Below the pieces are notes generated by a model. It worked only from the letters and a program-made list of their open reading frames with translations, did not search any database and had not been told where the DNA came from. Below, one piece after another: positions 49,601 to 61,517 of a stretch of DNA of 64,000 nucleotides. Both the position numbers and the translations under genes were made by a program. Positions within the stretch are counted from its first letter, which is position 1; each line of letters starts with the position of its first letter. Source of the DNA: Vicugna vicugna (lineage: Eukaryota); the NCBI GenBank assembly GCA_013265495.1, contig MU058337.1, positions 1,232,777-1,296,776 of the forward strand, in the 5' to 3' direction.

Positions 49601-51041
49601 AAAGCCAGAAGAAACAGCCACGACAGCAGGGTGTGACATGATTCGATGGACAATAAAAGTAAAAGCAGGAATTGCTTTGCTTAGTCTGTAAACCCTCTGA
49701 CCAGGAGCTGCAGAGCAGTTAAGCCAGCTAGTATTGAAAGCACATAACGGTAGCGTTTGGTAGACCGTTAGCTACTTTCAGCAGAGGCTGGCATAGACAA
49801 GGAACGAGCAAACTTTACGAAAAAACGACTATTATTGTAAGTACTAAAGGAGTGCTCATATTTCCCAACTGCAAACCTGTAATACTGCCCTCTTCTTCTA
49901 AGTTTTTGTTTATTAAGTTTATGCTTTATTTTTAAAGATGAGCCCAGACTTGTAAAGCCTCATTAAGCCATTCCAAAACTAGACAAATGGAAAGAATGAG
50001 TTTGTTTGATTCCTTTGGAGCATGTAAAATCTACAGCTCCCATCTGTGTCCGTTTTCCTAGGCAACAGGCATATCTGTTACTTACAGAGTACTGGCCTCT
50101 GTTCGTCAGATGGCTGACTGAGCCCATGGTAAGGTTCAGATCTTTCCCCAATCCCATGGCAGTGACAGAAGACGTGGAAAAATAGGAAAGAAAAGAAATT
50201 TGCAACACCCTGAAAGCAGAATATAAGCCCATCTCTGGACCAGAAATTTTGAAGAATTTCTAGGAGATGTATTGGTACCCCATAGGGCATCTGGAATTCA
50301 GAAGAATGAGGTTCAGTCAATGTGGAACATTCCAGTGTCTGAGCATCAAAACAAGGTTGGGAAGGCAGGGCCTGAAAGGAGCTGGATGTTTTTACCAACG
50401 AAACCCAGAAACTTGCCCATAAAATCTTGCAGAGAGGGAGGTCTCATAATTTTAGTGAAAGGGAGCTGTGAAGGAAAGACCAGCACACTGGACTTTACAA
50501 AAAATAAAAACTGTGAGGCAAAAATAAAGTTATTAAAAACTATGAATCCAAACAATAACAATAATAACAAATGGGAAATATTTTTGCCACATGAATGAGA
50601 TTAAGTTTCAATACTTGTAATACATAGAAAAGGTTTTAAAAATATTAAGAAAACGATGAATCCATGATAGAATAATGGCAAAGAATTAAAATGGTTAAGT
50701 CAGTCATAAAAAGGATTCCAATGACCCTAAATTTGTTTTGTTTTGTGTTAATGCTCAACCTACTAATGATCAACAGAATTCAAAACAAAACAATAAAATA
50801 TCTTTTTTTTTTTTTTACCTAGTAGCTTAGCAAATATAACACTACCCAGTGTTGACAAGCATGTGGGAAAACCAGGCACATTGCTTTGTGGGAATGTGAA
50901 CTGTCAGGAGACAGATCTGGAAATAAGGACATTAGGCCTTGAAAATGTCATACACTTCACGCTATCAATTCTATTTTTTTTAGGAATTAATCAGATAAGT
51001 TTCTATATTATCTGTTCTATGGAGCTTTATTTTGTAGTCCT

Positions 51042-51469
51042 TGTATTGGGTTGAATCATGTCTTCCTGGTCCCCTCCCCAAGCTCATGTCTTTCCCAGAA
51101 CCTCAGAATGGAGGTTGGGTCACTGCAGACGCACTTAGCTAAGATGAGGTCATATTAGAGTAGGGGCCTTAATCCAACGAGATGGGTGTCCTTATGAGAA
51201 AAGGAGAAGAACTACAAAGACAGAGACACAAGGAAAAGACAGATATTGAAGTGATGTGTCCACAAACCAAGGAAAACCAAGAATTACCAACCACTAGAAG
51301 ACAGAAAAAGGCAAGAAAGGATCCTTCCTTAAAGACTTCAGGGAGAGCACAGCCCTGCCAACACCTTGATTTTGGACTTCTCGACTTGAATTGTGATCGA
51401 ATAAATTTCTGTTGTTTTAAGTCACCCAGTTTGGGTGCTTTATTATGGCAGTCCTGGGAAATGATCACA
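51042..51469 (+). mobile_element. MLT1C-like MaLR solo LTR
   Basis: tgtattgggttgaatcatgtc...agaacctcagaatg...aagatgaggtcatattagag...gagcacagccctgccaacaccttgattttggacttc...aataaatttctgttgttttaagtcacccagtttg. Confidence 0.85.
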
Positions 51470-51522
51470 ATACTAAAATGAAGGAACTACCTAAATGTCT
51501 ACCACTGGGGACTGGCTAAATA

Positions 51523-51726
51523 CAGTTGACCTTGAACAATGCAGGTCTGAACTGCCCAGGTCCCCTTATATGAGGACATTTTTCAATAGTAAATACTACA
51601 GTGCTACACACTCCGCGGTTGGTTGAATCCTCCAATTCGGAGAAACCACAAATACAGAGGGCTGATTATAAATTATGTGCAGATCAATCCTCCTCGCTGC
51701 CCCTTATGGTGTTCAGGAGTCAGCTG
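51523..51726. mobile_element. Tigger2a-like MITE with TA target-site duplication
   Basis: TA|cagttgaccttgaaca ... tgttcaggagtcagctg|TA; the terminal inverted repeats and both TAs (51521-22, 51727-28) are visible. Confidence 0.9.
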
Positions 51727-52829
51727 TAATTATAACAGATCCATGTAGGGAAACACAAGGAAGCTAATAGAAAGAATAAAGTATATCCATGTGGATGGAT
51801 ATGGAAAGATGTCTGCATTGTATTAAGTGGAAATATCTGGTCCTTTAACAATATACATGATATAACTTTATTATAATAATTAATATGTGTGTTAAAAAGC
51901 AGGAAAAATATAACTCAAATTATTAGCATTATTATGGGGAAATAGTACTTTCACTTACTATTATTTACATAGGCTTCTATATTGTTCATAGTTTTTTTTT
52001 AATGAAAGTATATTACTTATAAAATCAATAAGAACTATTAAGGTATTTCAATTTTAGAAGAAAAAAATACCGTTAAAAAAAAAAATGATCCTAGGAAATA
52101 CCAGTCAGGAGCCAGTATAAAAATAACATCATTGAAAATCTTTCTCCTCTAAATGACTCACCATTCTCTGTCAGAATGTTTTATTAATAAATATTTGTTT
52201 ATCCTAACTTGAGTTAAAGCAAAGAAATTGGTGGCAATTCCCTCCTAACAGAGAAATTGCTAGAAGGAAACCCTCGAAATAAAAATAAAACTATAGAAAG
52301 TATGACATTAGCCAAAGAACCTGTCTGTTAGAACACTGCCCGTTTCTAATGTCTGTCTCTTTCGGTCCATCATCCAACAGAGACTCCATTTTGAATGGAC
52401 GCCTCCTCTTCTTCATTGTCTTCCTTCTCCACACAGCGTACCTCCACGTGGACACCAGTCCCTCCTGACCCACACCGTGCCCTGTGGTGTAGGGTTAGCA
52501 GTGCATTTGCAAAGGCTGCCACACAAGGAGTAAGCACGTTACTCATCAGACGACTGTGTGTTTATCTCAAGCATGTTTGAGAGACTTAGATCTAAGAACT
52601 GCTCAAAAGTGTGGCCCACTTTCCAGCAGGGGCGATCTTTTCCATTTCAGATACTTCCGGTTTTTCTAATTCCAGGCCCATAAGCAAATATCTGAACTTC
52701 ATACTAGGCCAAAGAGTAGAAGGTCTGTACTCAGTTAATCAATATAAAAATAGTTACCATTTTTTAAGTCCCAGTTTTTATCTGCTGTTGTTTTGCTTTT
52801 GCTTTGTTTTCTAATTCATGTGTTCATTA

Positions 52830-53070
52830 ATTCATTCAACCTTTTAATAACTTTTTTTGCCTGCTATGAAGGCAGTCACTGGATTAGGCTTCACCTACAT
52901 CATCTCTGCTCCTCGTGGTGGTCCAACTATGTAGGCACCCCCTTCACCAATTTATAGATGAGCGAATAACAGTTCCAAGAGCTTAAGTCAAGTTCCCCAA
53001 ATCTCACAAAGTCTTTTGGCAGAGCTAAGATTCCGTACTGGTTCTATTAGTTTCACAGACCCACGATCTG
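52830..53070 (-). mobile_element. MIR fragment
   Basis: ccaatttatagatgagcgaa...gcttaagtcaagttcccc...tggcagagctaagattc. Confidence 0.55.
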
Positions 53071-53834
53071 GATTCCTGGCACACTTACAGAGCCCCTGGT
53101 TCAATGGGGACCAAGAAAGAAGGGTTGACCACAAATAAAGCAACAGTGGACAAGACAGGGTACCTTTAAGTGCAAGCAAATGCGGTGCAGTGAACATTAC
53201 AGGACCTCCCGGAGGAAAGTTCCACTGAATGGAAGGCCTGACCTCACACAGGCCATGAACTGAGCCTGGAGAATAATCAGAGTTTATGGGGAGGAGACCA
53301 GTGAGGGGCAGGGGGCCTGCTCCAGCCTGGATGACGTCAAGAGGGGGCCCAGAGGCTGAGACCCCTGGGTGGGCGTGTCCAGTTGTACAGTAATCCATTC
53401 TGTATTGACAGGGCTTCTCCTCTTCTGATAGGGCAGGTTGTGTACCCCTAACTTTCCTTTTTCCTTTGGCTGCGAGAGGCTTCAGAATCAAAAGCTGCAC
53501 TCAACCAGTCATAGAATTAACGTATTTGCTTTCTCTTCTTTAAAACCCTGATGTTTAACATCATATTTTTATGTTACTTATCTCGTGATGATTATCATTG
53601 TCTTTATCTTCCAATGTTTCCACTTTTTTCTCTTTCTCCCTTTTTTTTCCTGAATAGACCTTTTTCTCTAAATAAAGGGATGTTATGGAAATTAAACATA
53701 ACTAAGTTGGGAAGTTGCTGAATCAGAAGAAATCCTTGGCTGGGCAGTTTGTTCTCAGTACTCTGCTAGGACACAGTCCTAGAAAGACCGAATGTTTCAG
53801 ACTCTTCTTGACAAAAGCTTTGAGCTTCCTCTAA

Positions 53835-54060
53835 GAAACACGTGCCACTTACTATGTCCCTACTGCATGCATTTGCTGTGTAATACCTACTTTAACCCTC
53901 ATAATAAATCTATGAAGTCAGCATTACCATACTCCATGAGAGATGATGAAACTGAAAATCAAAGGGGCTGGCAAAGCTCCTCAGACCACACAGCCAAGAG
54001 ATGAGCAAACAAGCTTGGAACTGGACTCCTTTGACTTCAAGGCCCATGTGCATTTTTACA
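53835..54060 (-). mobile_element. MIR SINE
   Basis: tttaaccctcataataaatctatgaagt...agatgatgaaactgaaaatcaaagggg...gaccacacagccaag...tttgacttcaaggcccatg. Confidence 0.65.
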
Positions 54061-54959
54061 CTGAAATCTATCAACGTAATCTACAGCCACAAATGTGTCC
54101 CACCACATTCCATAAGTCATGGAATCTTTTTGCTTTGTTTTGGAAATGTTCTCTGCTTTATTAACTAGAAACTGAGAAATCAAAGTGTAGATTAGAAATT
54201 CATCCTAAAGCTATACTTCATCTGTAAAATTAAATTAAAAACAAATACATGGAAAACAAAATTGTAAAAACCTAATGTAAACAAAACCTAGTTTAAATCG
54301 ATTTAAAGGGAGAACCTTAATGAAATCATGTAGGATATACATTATAAATACTTCCGTTTAATTACATCAAGCTGATGCTGTCAAATTACGTAAATTATGA
54401 AAGAAATACATAAAATATCCTTTTCAAATAATATTTTTTGTCTCAGATTATAAAAATATCAAAGAACCAACATTTTAATGTAATAAAGATCAAATAGATA
54501 GAGATACAGACATATAGACACACGGAAGAGCTCTTCAGTCTCTTATTAGCAGCATTACAGACTTATCACACTTCTGAGCATAGCCTGCAGTGCCATAATG
54601 CAGAGGCTTTTCCTGCAGGGCACTTGCTTGTGCGAGCTGTTCTTTGGGCCTTTTCGTTTGTTGCACGAATGCCCACACCTAAATCCCCCAGGGTAGAGGC
54701 CCCCACATCTGGAAGCAGAAATGCATGTGCTCATTCTGTTATGGTCTGTTCTGTCAGGGCTTCCACTGACACCCGAGCCCTGAGCATCCAGTCTGCACAC
54801 CAGAGACGAGGAAGGGAAGATGCTGAGATAACACAGGCAGGATGGGAGCGTGTGAGTGTTCCCTTATGCCCGGCGGTACCCAAGGAACTCCTAGCAGGAC
54901 TGAGGAGCTCGCTGCCCTGCAAGTCAGCAGCACAGGGGTGCGCTCACTGGCACCCCCTC

Positions 54960-55060
54960 AGACTCTGAGCTCCTTGAAGCAGGAGCCATATCTTGCTCAT
55001 CTCGGCCTTGTTCTCTGTATCCAGACAAGACGCCTGTCACGGACAAGATGAATGAGCGAA
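54960..55060 (+). mobile_element. L2 3' terminus
   Basis: agactctgagctccttgaagcaggagccatatcttgctcatct...gatgaatgag. Confidence 0.6.
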
Positions 55061-58000
55061 ACCACCTGACATAGAACTTGTACAAATGACTTGAACGTGC
55101 CAGTGCACCCAGGGCTTCATGTCTTTGTAGTTACTATCAGTTCTTCGTTATCTGACCAAAGGGGTGTGTAACACGCAATAGTGGATAAAGACATCTAGAA
55201 CTTTCTTGAGCCCTAGAGACACAAAGTATGACAAAATGCCAGGAGCCAGAAGGGGACATCTGGGGAACAATTTAGTTTAGGGGCTGATAACTGAACATTG
55301 TATGCTCTGTCATCTTTCATTCCAGCTTTCATGTGATCAACACTATAAATGATGGAGAGGTTATCCTATCTTTTTTGATTAAATACATTTATATGTAACA
55401 GACTGACAGTGGGGCAGTGATTGATCTACAAAGTAAAACGCAACCCAGGGGAAGTTGTCAGTGTATGAATTAAACAGTGAAGGGCGTCATCCATCCGGAG
55501 TCAGGAGAACAGACTCGTCTTGGGGAAAGGCATGTAAGGGGCTGCTGGATGACCACGGTCTGGGCCAGCATGAGAAAGACCTGGAATTCTGACCTAACCA
55601 CCGATACAGACGGTGCTCAAACAAAGAAAGGACTTTATCTGTGACATTAAAAAAAAAACAAAACACAGACGAACTTGTTATCCTAAAACTGATGGCTTAT
55701 TTGGACGCTTAATTTTTATAACAGGGGCCAAGTCTCTTTACATACAGCGTAGATTTCCGCACAGAGCTGGAGAGGGGATGTAGGGTTATTGCCTAAGATG
55801 CTTGCTTTGTCTTAAGAGTAGTTTCGACAGTGGCCACTAAGGTCTCAGGTCTCAGAGGAGACGGGGAGACGGGGGGTCATATAACCAAAGCCACGAACTC
55901 CTGCCTGACCGCAGGAATGGTTCCTCCGTGCGCAAGGAGAAAGGGGACACAGACTTTTACAGGCTGCTGCCCAAGACGCATCAGCGTACCCACACCCCTC
56001 TGCAGCCCACTAACAGTTTTCACTCATCTCAGCCGGCGTGGGTGAAATATCACAGCAATTACAAAGCTCGGGATGCCGGGGAGCTGAGCTTTAGAAACGG
56101 CTCCCGCAAATTGCTTCCATTTTTCAGCTCACAGTGAGAAGAGAGGCAGAAACAGAGAGAGGTAAAAAAGAGAGCAAGTGAGCATGCCTAGCTCATGCTG
56201 CATAGTCTGCGTGTGCACATATATAAATATCTTAAGCCTCCCTTTTGTGCTTGGGAGAGAAAAGAGCGAGCAGCAATCAGCAATTCAGGGACGATCAGAC
56301 AGATTAAAGCCAACATCTTATGTGTCTCCGAGGAGCCAGCACCAACATCTTCATTCCGGCTCAGCCACCTTCCACGCTACGCTGGCTGAGGGAATATATT
56401 TTATTAAGAACATTTCTTTTACCTGGAGGTCCTGTCAACTAACTAACAAATGAGAAGAGAAGAAACTGAGAGCATTCTTTGTGTGCCAAAAAATAAGCCA
56501 GTTAAGAAAATGTTATTTTTCTAATAGGGGGAAAGCTTGGATATTCCCCTTGTGAAGTTTGGCGGCATTTCTGTTTCCTTCAGGAACCTTCCTTTAGTAT
56601 TCGAGACAAGTCTGCTCATCAAAAATAAACTTTGCACTAAAAATAAGCAATTTGGGTTTTTAAAAAACCTCTTTTCAAAGATACAGGGAGTCTCTTATTT
56701 GAAAACAATTTCATCGCTACAACATTGATCTTTTTTTTAACTAGATAGCACAAATTTTTTTCATGCATTTTTATTGACAGAGAGTCAGATAGTACAATGT
56801 AATCTAATTTGACCCAATGTATTCTGATTTTTGCACTACATCTGTCATGGTTTAAAACGCTGGCTGGGTTATCTGTAGATCCACTGAAGTCTAAGCTTTA
56901 AATATGTATATGTATTTAAATACACCTTAACGTTAAGGTGATGCTATTTGTAGCTGAACTCTCTTTAATATCAACAGGGAACAGGGCAATAAAAGACCTT
57001 TTTATATTACTTTTTAATTTTTTTTTTTTTTTACTTTTTATTTATCTCTTGGAATTTTCTTTCAAGTTTCGGACATCAGAATATGGCAATAAATTATCAT
57101 TCCAAATTTCATTATTTAACTAGTGTTTACTGCCAGTTGTCAAAGGAATAAACACATAAACATTAAATTCCATTTTCTAAAGATCACAAAGACTTTAAAA
57201 ATGAGTACTACTTTATAAATTGAAAAGCTGACATTTTCCCCGAATTCTCTAAGCCAAAATTGAATTCCTCGAAAGACAGACAGCTAGCTGGAATTTTCAT
57301 AAATGTTCTTTCTGACGCAAAGTCAGCTTGGCATTACTGGAGGAAAACTCAACACATGTTGCACATCTGAGACTTTTAAGCAACCAATTTAAAGACAGTG
57401 GTTGAACACACTGCCACTGAATTTCAAGACAGTTGGGTTTTGGGGGGATTTCTTTTCCCCACTTGCAGACCGGGGGATCCAGCAGTCCCTGCTTCTCCAG
57501 CGGGAGTGCCCGCTACGTGCCAAGGCAGACAGAAAGCCCACAGAGCACACTTTGCTGCAGGCGTGAAACTCGGGGCTTACTGACTTCACATCACCTGCCC
57601 AGAGCGAAGGAGAAGCAGGAAGAGGATGTGATTGCAGCCCTACCTGATCCTCAAGAGCCTGAGTGTCCTGCTAGGCTCTGCTGCCTCTTCATCGACTCTG
57701 AGTCCAACTGTTGAGCTGTTTTCTGGCTCTTTCTTCTTTACTTTCAGGTCTTCTCTGTTAGACACGGGCTACTTTTGTTTGGTCAGTCTGCTGCCTACCC
57801 CTCAAGTATAGGACTTGAAATGCGCATCTTTCTTCCCTTTGGGATGAAGTCTCCTTAGGTATTATAACTCAGTGAACTGAATTTCCCTCAACTCGTATTG
57901 CATTTCTGGAGCAGAACACATCACACAGGGTTTGGTGATTATCTGCTCAGCACTGGTGTTAGCTGAATCTACTGAACTAAAGAGTAAACCCCTTGAGGTC

Positions 58001-58649
58001 AAACACAATGACCTTCCCAACATAGTTTTCCTGTAGTGTCTTCAACACAAACACGTTGCTCCAGTGGCAGTTGGCAGATATCAGCACAATCTCCAAAAAT
58101 AACCAGGACATCCTACATGTTTACAAGATGTTTCTACATCTCCTAATGCTTAAAAACATATTCTATCCCTTCTCCGTGCAGAATATGTCATTACACTAGC
58201 ATCACAGATGAATCAGCCAAAATAAAATCTCACGTGGGCCTGATCTAAATCTAAGGAATCAATGACTTTTTAGGAATTCTTGGGAATATGTCTCGTAGAC
58301 TCAGGATTTGGCCCTTTTCCTTACTCACCTGAAGGCAAGTGACATCACTGGACACAATGACATCATGATGTCATTTAGTAATGAGGACAATAATAGTATT
58401 TATCTTAAGTACTAGAATTTATTGTGTCTGTTTTCATCTTGATCAATTACAGCGTGCTGTCCCCTCCAGTGACCCCTCCTTCTCCTGCAGACTGGCCTTC
58501 TCCCACATCCCATGGCCCTGGGGCCTCCATAAAGTTTCCCTTCATTGATTGTAGTAAAAAATGAACAGATTCCAAAGTGCTTTTGTGTGTGTTGGGGGGG
58601 TGCACATGTGTGTGGGTGTATGTGTGTGTGTGTAATTACCTTTGATGCC

Positions 58650-58812
58650 ATATCAACAACCTTGTGAAGCAGACAGCTACAGGACTGAGACTTGGGTTTT
58701 TGTCAGTAGAAAACTGAGACTCAGAGTATTCAATCGACTGGCCCCAAGCTGGCCAGGTAGCCCAGACTCTGCTTCCTGACTCCTAGTCCAAGTCTTGCTC
58801 TTGACCCTATAA
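58650..58812 (-). mobile_element. MIR fragment
   Basis: caacaaccttgtgaag...agaaaactgagactcagag...gactggccccaag...cttcctgactcctagtccaag. Confidence 0.65.
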
Positions 58813-60474
58813 CCTCAGAAGCCTTTCTGGGCCAGAAACCTAGACGAGGTAAGGCAGTGATATATTCAAGCCCTATCTGAAAAGCTATGTCTGGCCAATA
58901 AACTCAGACACACCAGGTTCAACTAAATTCATATCCACTTGGAAACTGTTTACCCAACAGAGCCAGAAGCTTAAAAATATCAGAAGATAGGGCATCTCTG
59001 TGTAATCTAATCACTGTTTGTTTTACACTTCATGATGCGTGTGAGTAATGAGTTTGAGGACTTCAGCAACTTCTTTGATCATTTGTTCTTTTGTCATTTC
59101 CACCTTGTAACAAACCTGCCTCTGAGACAGGTATTATTAATTGCATATTGTTTTGTGTTTCTAACGTTTCATTCCATCAACTCTCCTGGGGTTTTTTCCC
59201 CTCTTAGTTTGCAGATCCCTGCTGTTTTCAATATTTAACCATTTCTTCATAGGGATCTTTTTAATCCAGTTTAATCCTTGGATATGAACTGAAGTTAGCC
59301 AAACTGTTTGCTACAGTCTTGTCAGTGTTTCTGCATTCAGAAGCATTTGTTGATTCAGTTGCAGTAATAAAGATTTTCCCACACAGTCTGTTTGACACTT
59401 GCAAGTTCAGTCTGCACCAACTTCTATTGTGTTAAGCAAATAACCACACTGCACTGAAATTCCACTCATTGTGAATGCTAAGGCAACAGAATTTTCTCCA
59501 GGTCACCGCCAGCCAAACCTGTTGTTATCAGAAAACCCTCTCCAGATGAAAACTAAAAAGAATCACATGACCCAGAAAAAAGATTAGCTTTCAGGAAGTC
59601 TTTGGTTTTTGCTATGTTTGTCAAGACATCCCCAGAGGGAGTGGAAAATAATAAAGTAAAACTTATTTCTGGAACGAAGCCCATTTCAAAATAGAGTCTA
59701 TGAACTTTCAAATTTGCAAGACACAGCTTCTCAAAATCAGAGCCACAAAACTGGGCTATGGCAAACCCAAAGGGACCAGAAGCAATGCAAAACAAGGGAT
59801 TTAGCAACTTTTAATTGCCTCATCTTCAATTCAAAAAGGAGTGTAAGTATTGATATTAAGCTATCGTTCAGCTGCACACACCAATCAGCTAGTTTGCTGT
59901 GACACACGAATCCTCAGAGAATCGTCATTACCCAGGATTTCTGTCATTTCGGATGAATTTTCCACCTTGTTGGAAACATGCTGTACTTTCCTGATCTTCT
60001 CTGTTTCTTTGCTTCTATCTGGGGACACTAATTTACATTCTACGTTCTGGGAAAAGCCTGGCTAGGAAGCAGCATCTCTCATGTCTGAAGAGGCACGGTG
60101 TAAAAAGCTTGCTCTGAAGGCACATGGCATCTGTTGACCAGAAGGAATCCAAAGGCTTTAGAACCCAAGATTGAAACTTGGGTTAAACTGTAAAATCTGA
60201 CTTACACAAAATTAGAAAACAGATAAATCAGGCTGGCTAGTGAATTGCCAGGATTTACGCCCAGGCGCCTGCTGCTGGGAGTCAAGCCGACCCTGGAGAT
60301 TCGGAGGCCTCCAGGACACCACTCCAGCCAGAGCGCTTTACTGAAACAGGAGCAAGCGTGTGGCCCCCTGGTCCGGGACAGCCCCTGTGCTTCATGGACA
60401 AAGGAGGCAGGCAGCACTAACACCCTTAATTCAGAATCATTGGGAATAACCAAAATATCCCACTGTGGTCGTTT

Positions 60475-61517
60475 TATATACCAGTTATCTACTGCCGCAT
60501 AAAAAAATTACCCCAAAGCTTAGTGGGATTAATAACAACCACTTACTATCTCATGTGATAGCCAGCTTCCGAGATGACCCACAAGGCTCCCCACACCTTG
60601 GTTGTCATGTCCCTGTATAGGGCACTCCTGCTTTGAATGGTCACCTGTGTAACCGGTAGGATATTGTGAAAAAGACAACGTGTGACTTCCAAGGCCAGGT
60701 CATAAAGGACACTGTGGCTCCCACATTGCCCTCTCTTGTGAATTACTTGATTTTAGGCAAGCCAGCTGCCACGTTGTAAGGATATTCTAGCAATCTGTGA
60801 AGGTCCACAGGAGGATAAACACAGGCTTCTTGCCAGCGGTCAGGGAGGGACTAAGCCACATGCGGGAGCCATCTTGGAAGCAGATCTTCCAGCCTAGTCA
60901 ACACCTTGACTGTGACCTTGTAAGAGGCCTGGAGCCAGAAACATCCAGCCAATCCCTCATGGCTGCCTGCTTCAAGGAAAGTAAGAAGATACATGTTTAA
61001 TTCTCAAAGCCACAAAGTTTGAGGGTGATTTGTTATGCATCGGTGAAGTGCTTCTCCTGTGGGCTGGGAATTTGGGAGTGGCTTATCTGAGTGGTTCTGA
61101 CTCAGAGTTTCTTGCAAGGGTACAATCTAAATGTTGGCCAGTGCTGCAGTTACTTAAAGGTCTGAGCAGGTCTGAAGGAAGCTTCCGCGATGGCTCCCTC
61201 ACACGGCTGCTGAGCTGGTGCTGGCTGTTGGGAGGAGCCTCTATTTCTCTTCTTGTAGACCTCCCCTCGGCCTGCCCGCATGTCCTCATGACACGGGGCC
61301 TGGCTTCTCCCAGAGCAAGTGGTCTGAGAAAGAGATCAAAGAGGAAGTTGACTTTGCTGTTCACATTCTAGTGTCAAAAGATTCATGTTGTCACTTCTGT
61401 GACGTTCTATTTGTTAGAACTAAGTTGCTAAGTCTGAACCACACACTAGGGAAGAGGTCTGGGGCTTTATCATTTGAAAGGAGGAATATTGAAGAATTTT
61501 TGGATAAAACCACCAGA
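60475..61517 (-). mobile_element. MLT1 (G/H-like) LTR of a MaLR provirus, interrupted by a second LTR
   Basis: cagttatctactgccgcataaaaaaattaccccaaagcttagtgg; resumes with ctgtgggctgggaatttgggagtggctta...gatggctccctcacacggctg...tggcttctcccagagcaagtg...gtcacttctgtgacgttctatttgttaga. Confidence 0.8.
60554..61050 (+). mobile_element. MLT1F-like LTR nested inside the MLT1 LTR
   Basis: tgtgatagccagcttccgagatgacccac...gtgacttccaaggccaggtcataa...gagccatcttggaagcagatcttccagcc...aagccacaaagtttgagggtgatttgttatgca. Confidence 0.8.

Larger units (their letters stand above)
50505..52050 (+). mobile_element. Old L1ME-type ORF2/3' region carrying two nested insertions
   Basis: aatgctcaacctactaatgatca...cccagtgttgacaagcatgtgggaaaa...; resumes with aactacctaaatgtctaccactggggactggctaaa and gatatggaaagatgtc...tattaagtggaaa. 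Confidence 0.7.

Noticed and set aside
52321..52483. Minus-strand exon-like segment (ctaac...cacag acceptor; MESLLDDGPKETDIRNGQCSNRQ)
   Set aside because: Weak pyrimidine tract and donors, unrecognised peptide and no partner exons
52988..53500. 170-aa minus-strand ORF
   Set aside because: Non-ATG start, runs into a MIR and has no recognisable domain
56172..56200. p53-like response element
   Set aside because: Only one perfect half-site (GAGCATGCCT); neighbouring half-sites are mismatched or overlapping
59888..60050. Minus-strand open stretch VSPDRSKETEKIRKVQHVSNKVENSSEMTEILGNDD
   Set aside because: No pyrimidine-rich acceptor and no recognisable homology; treated as chance
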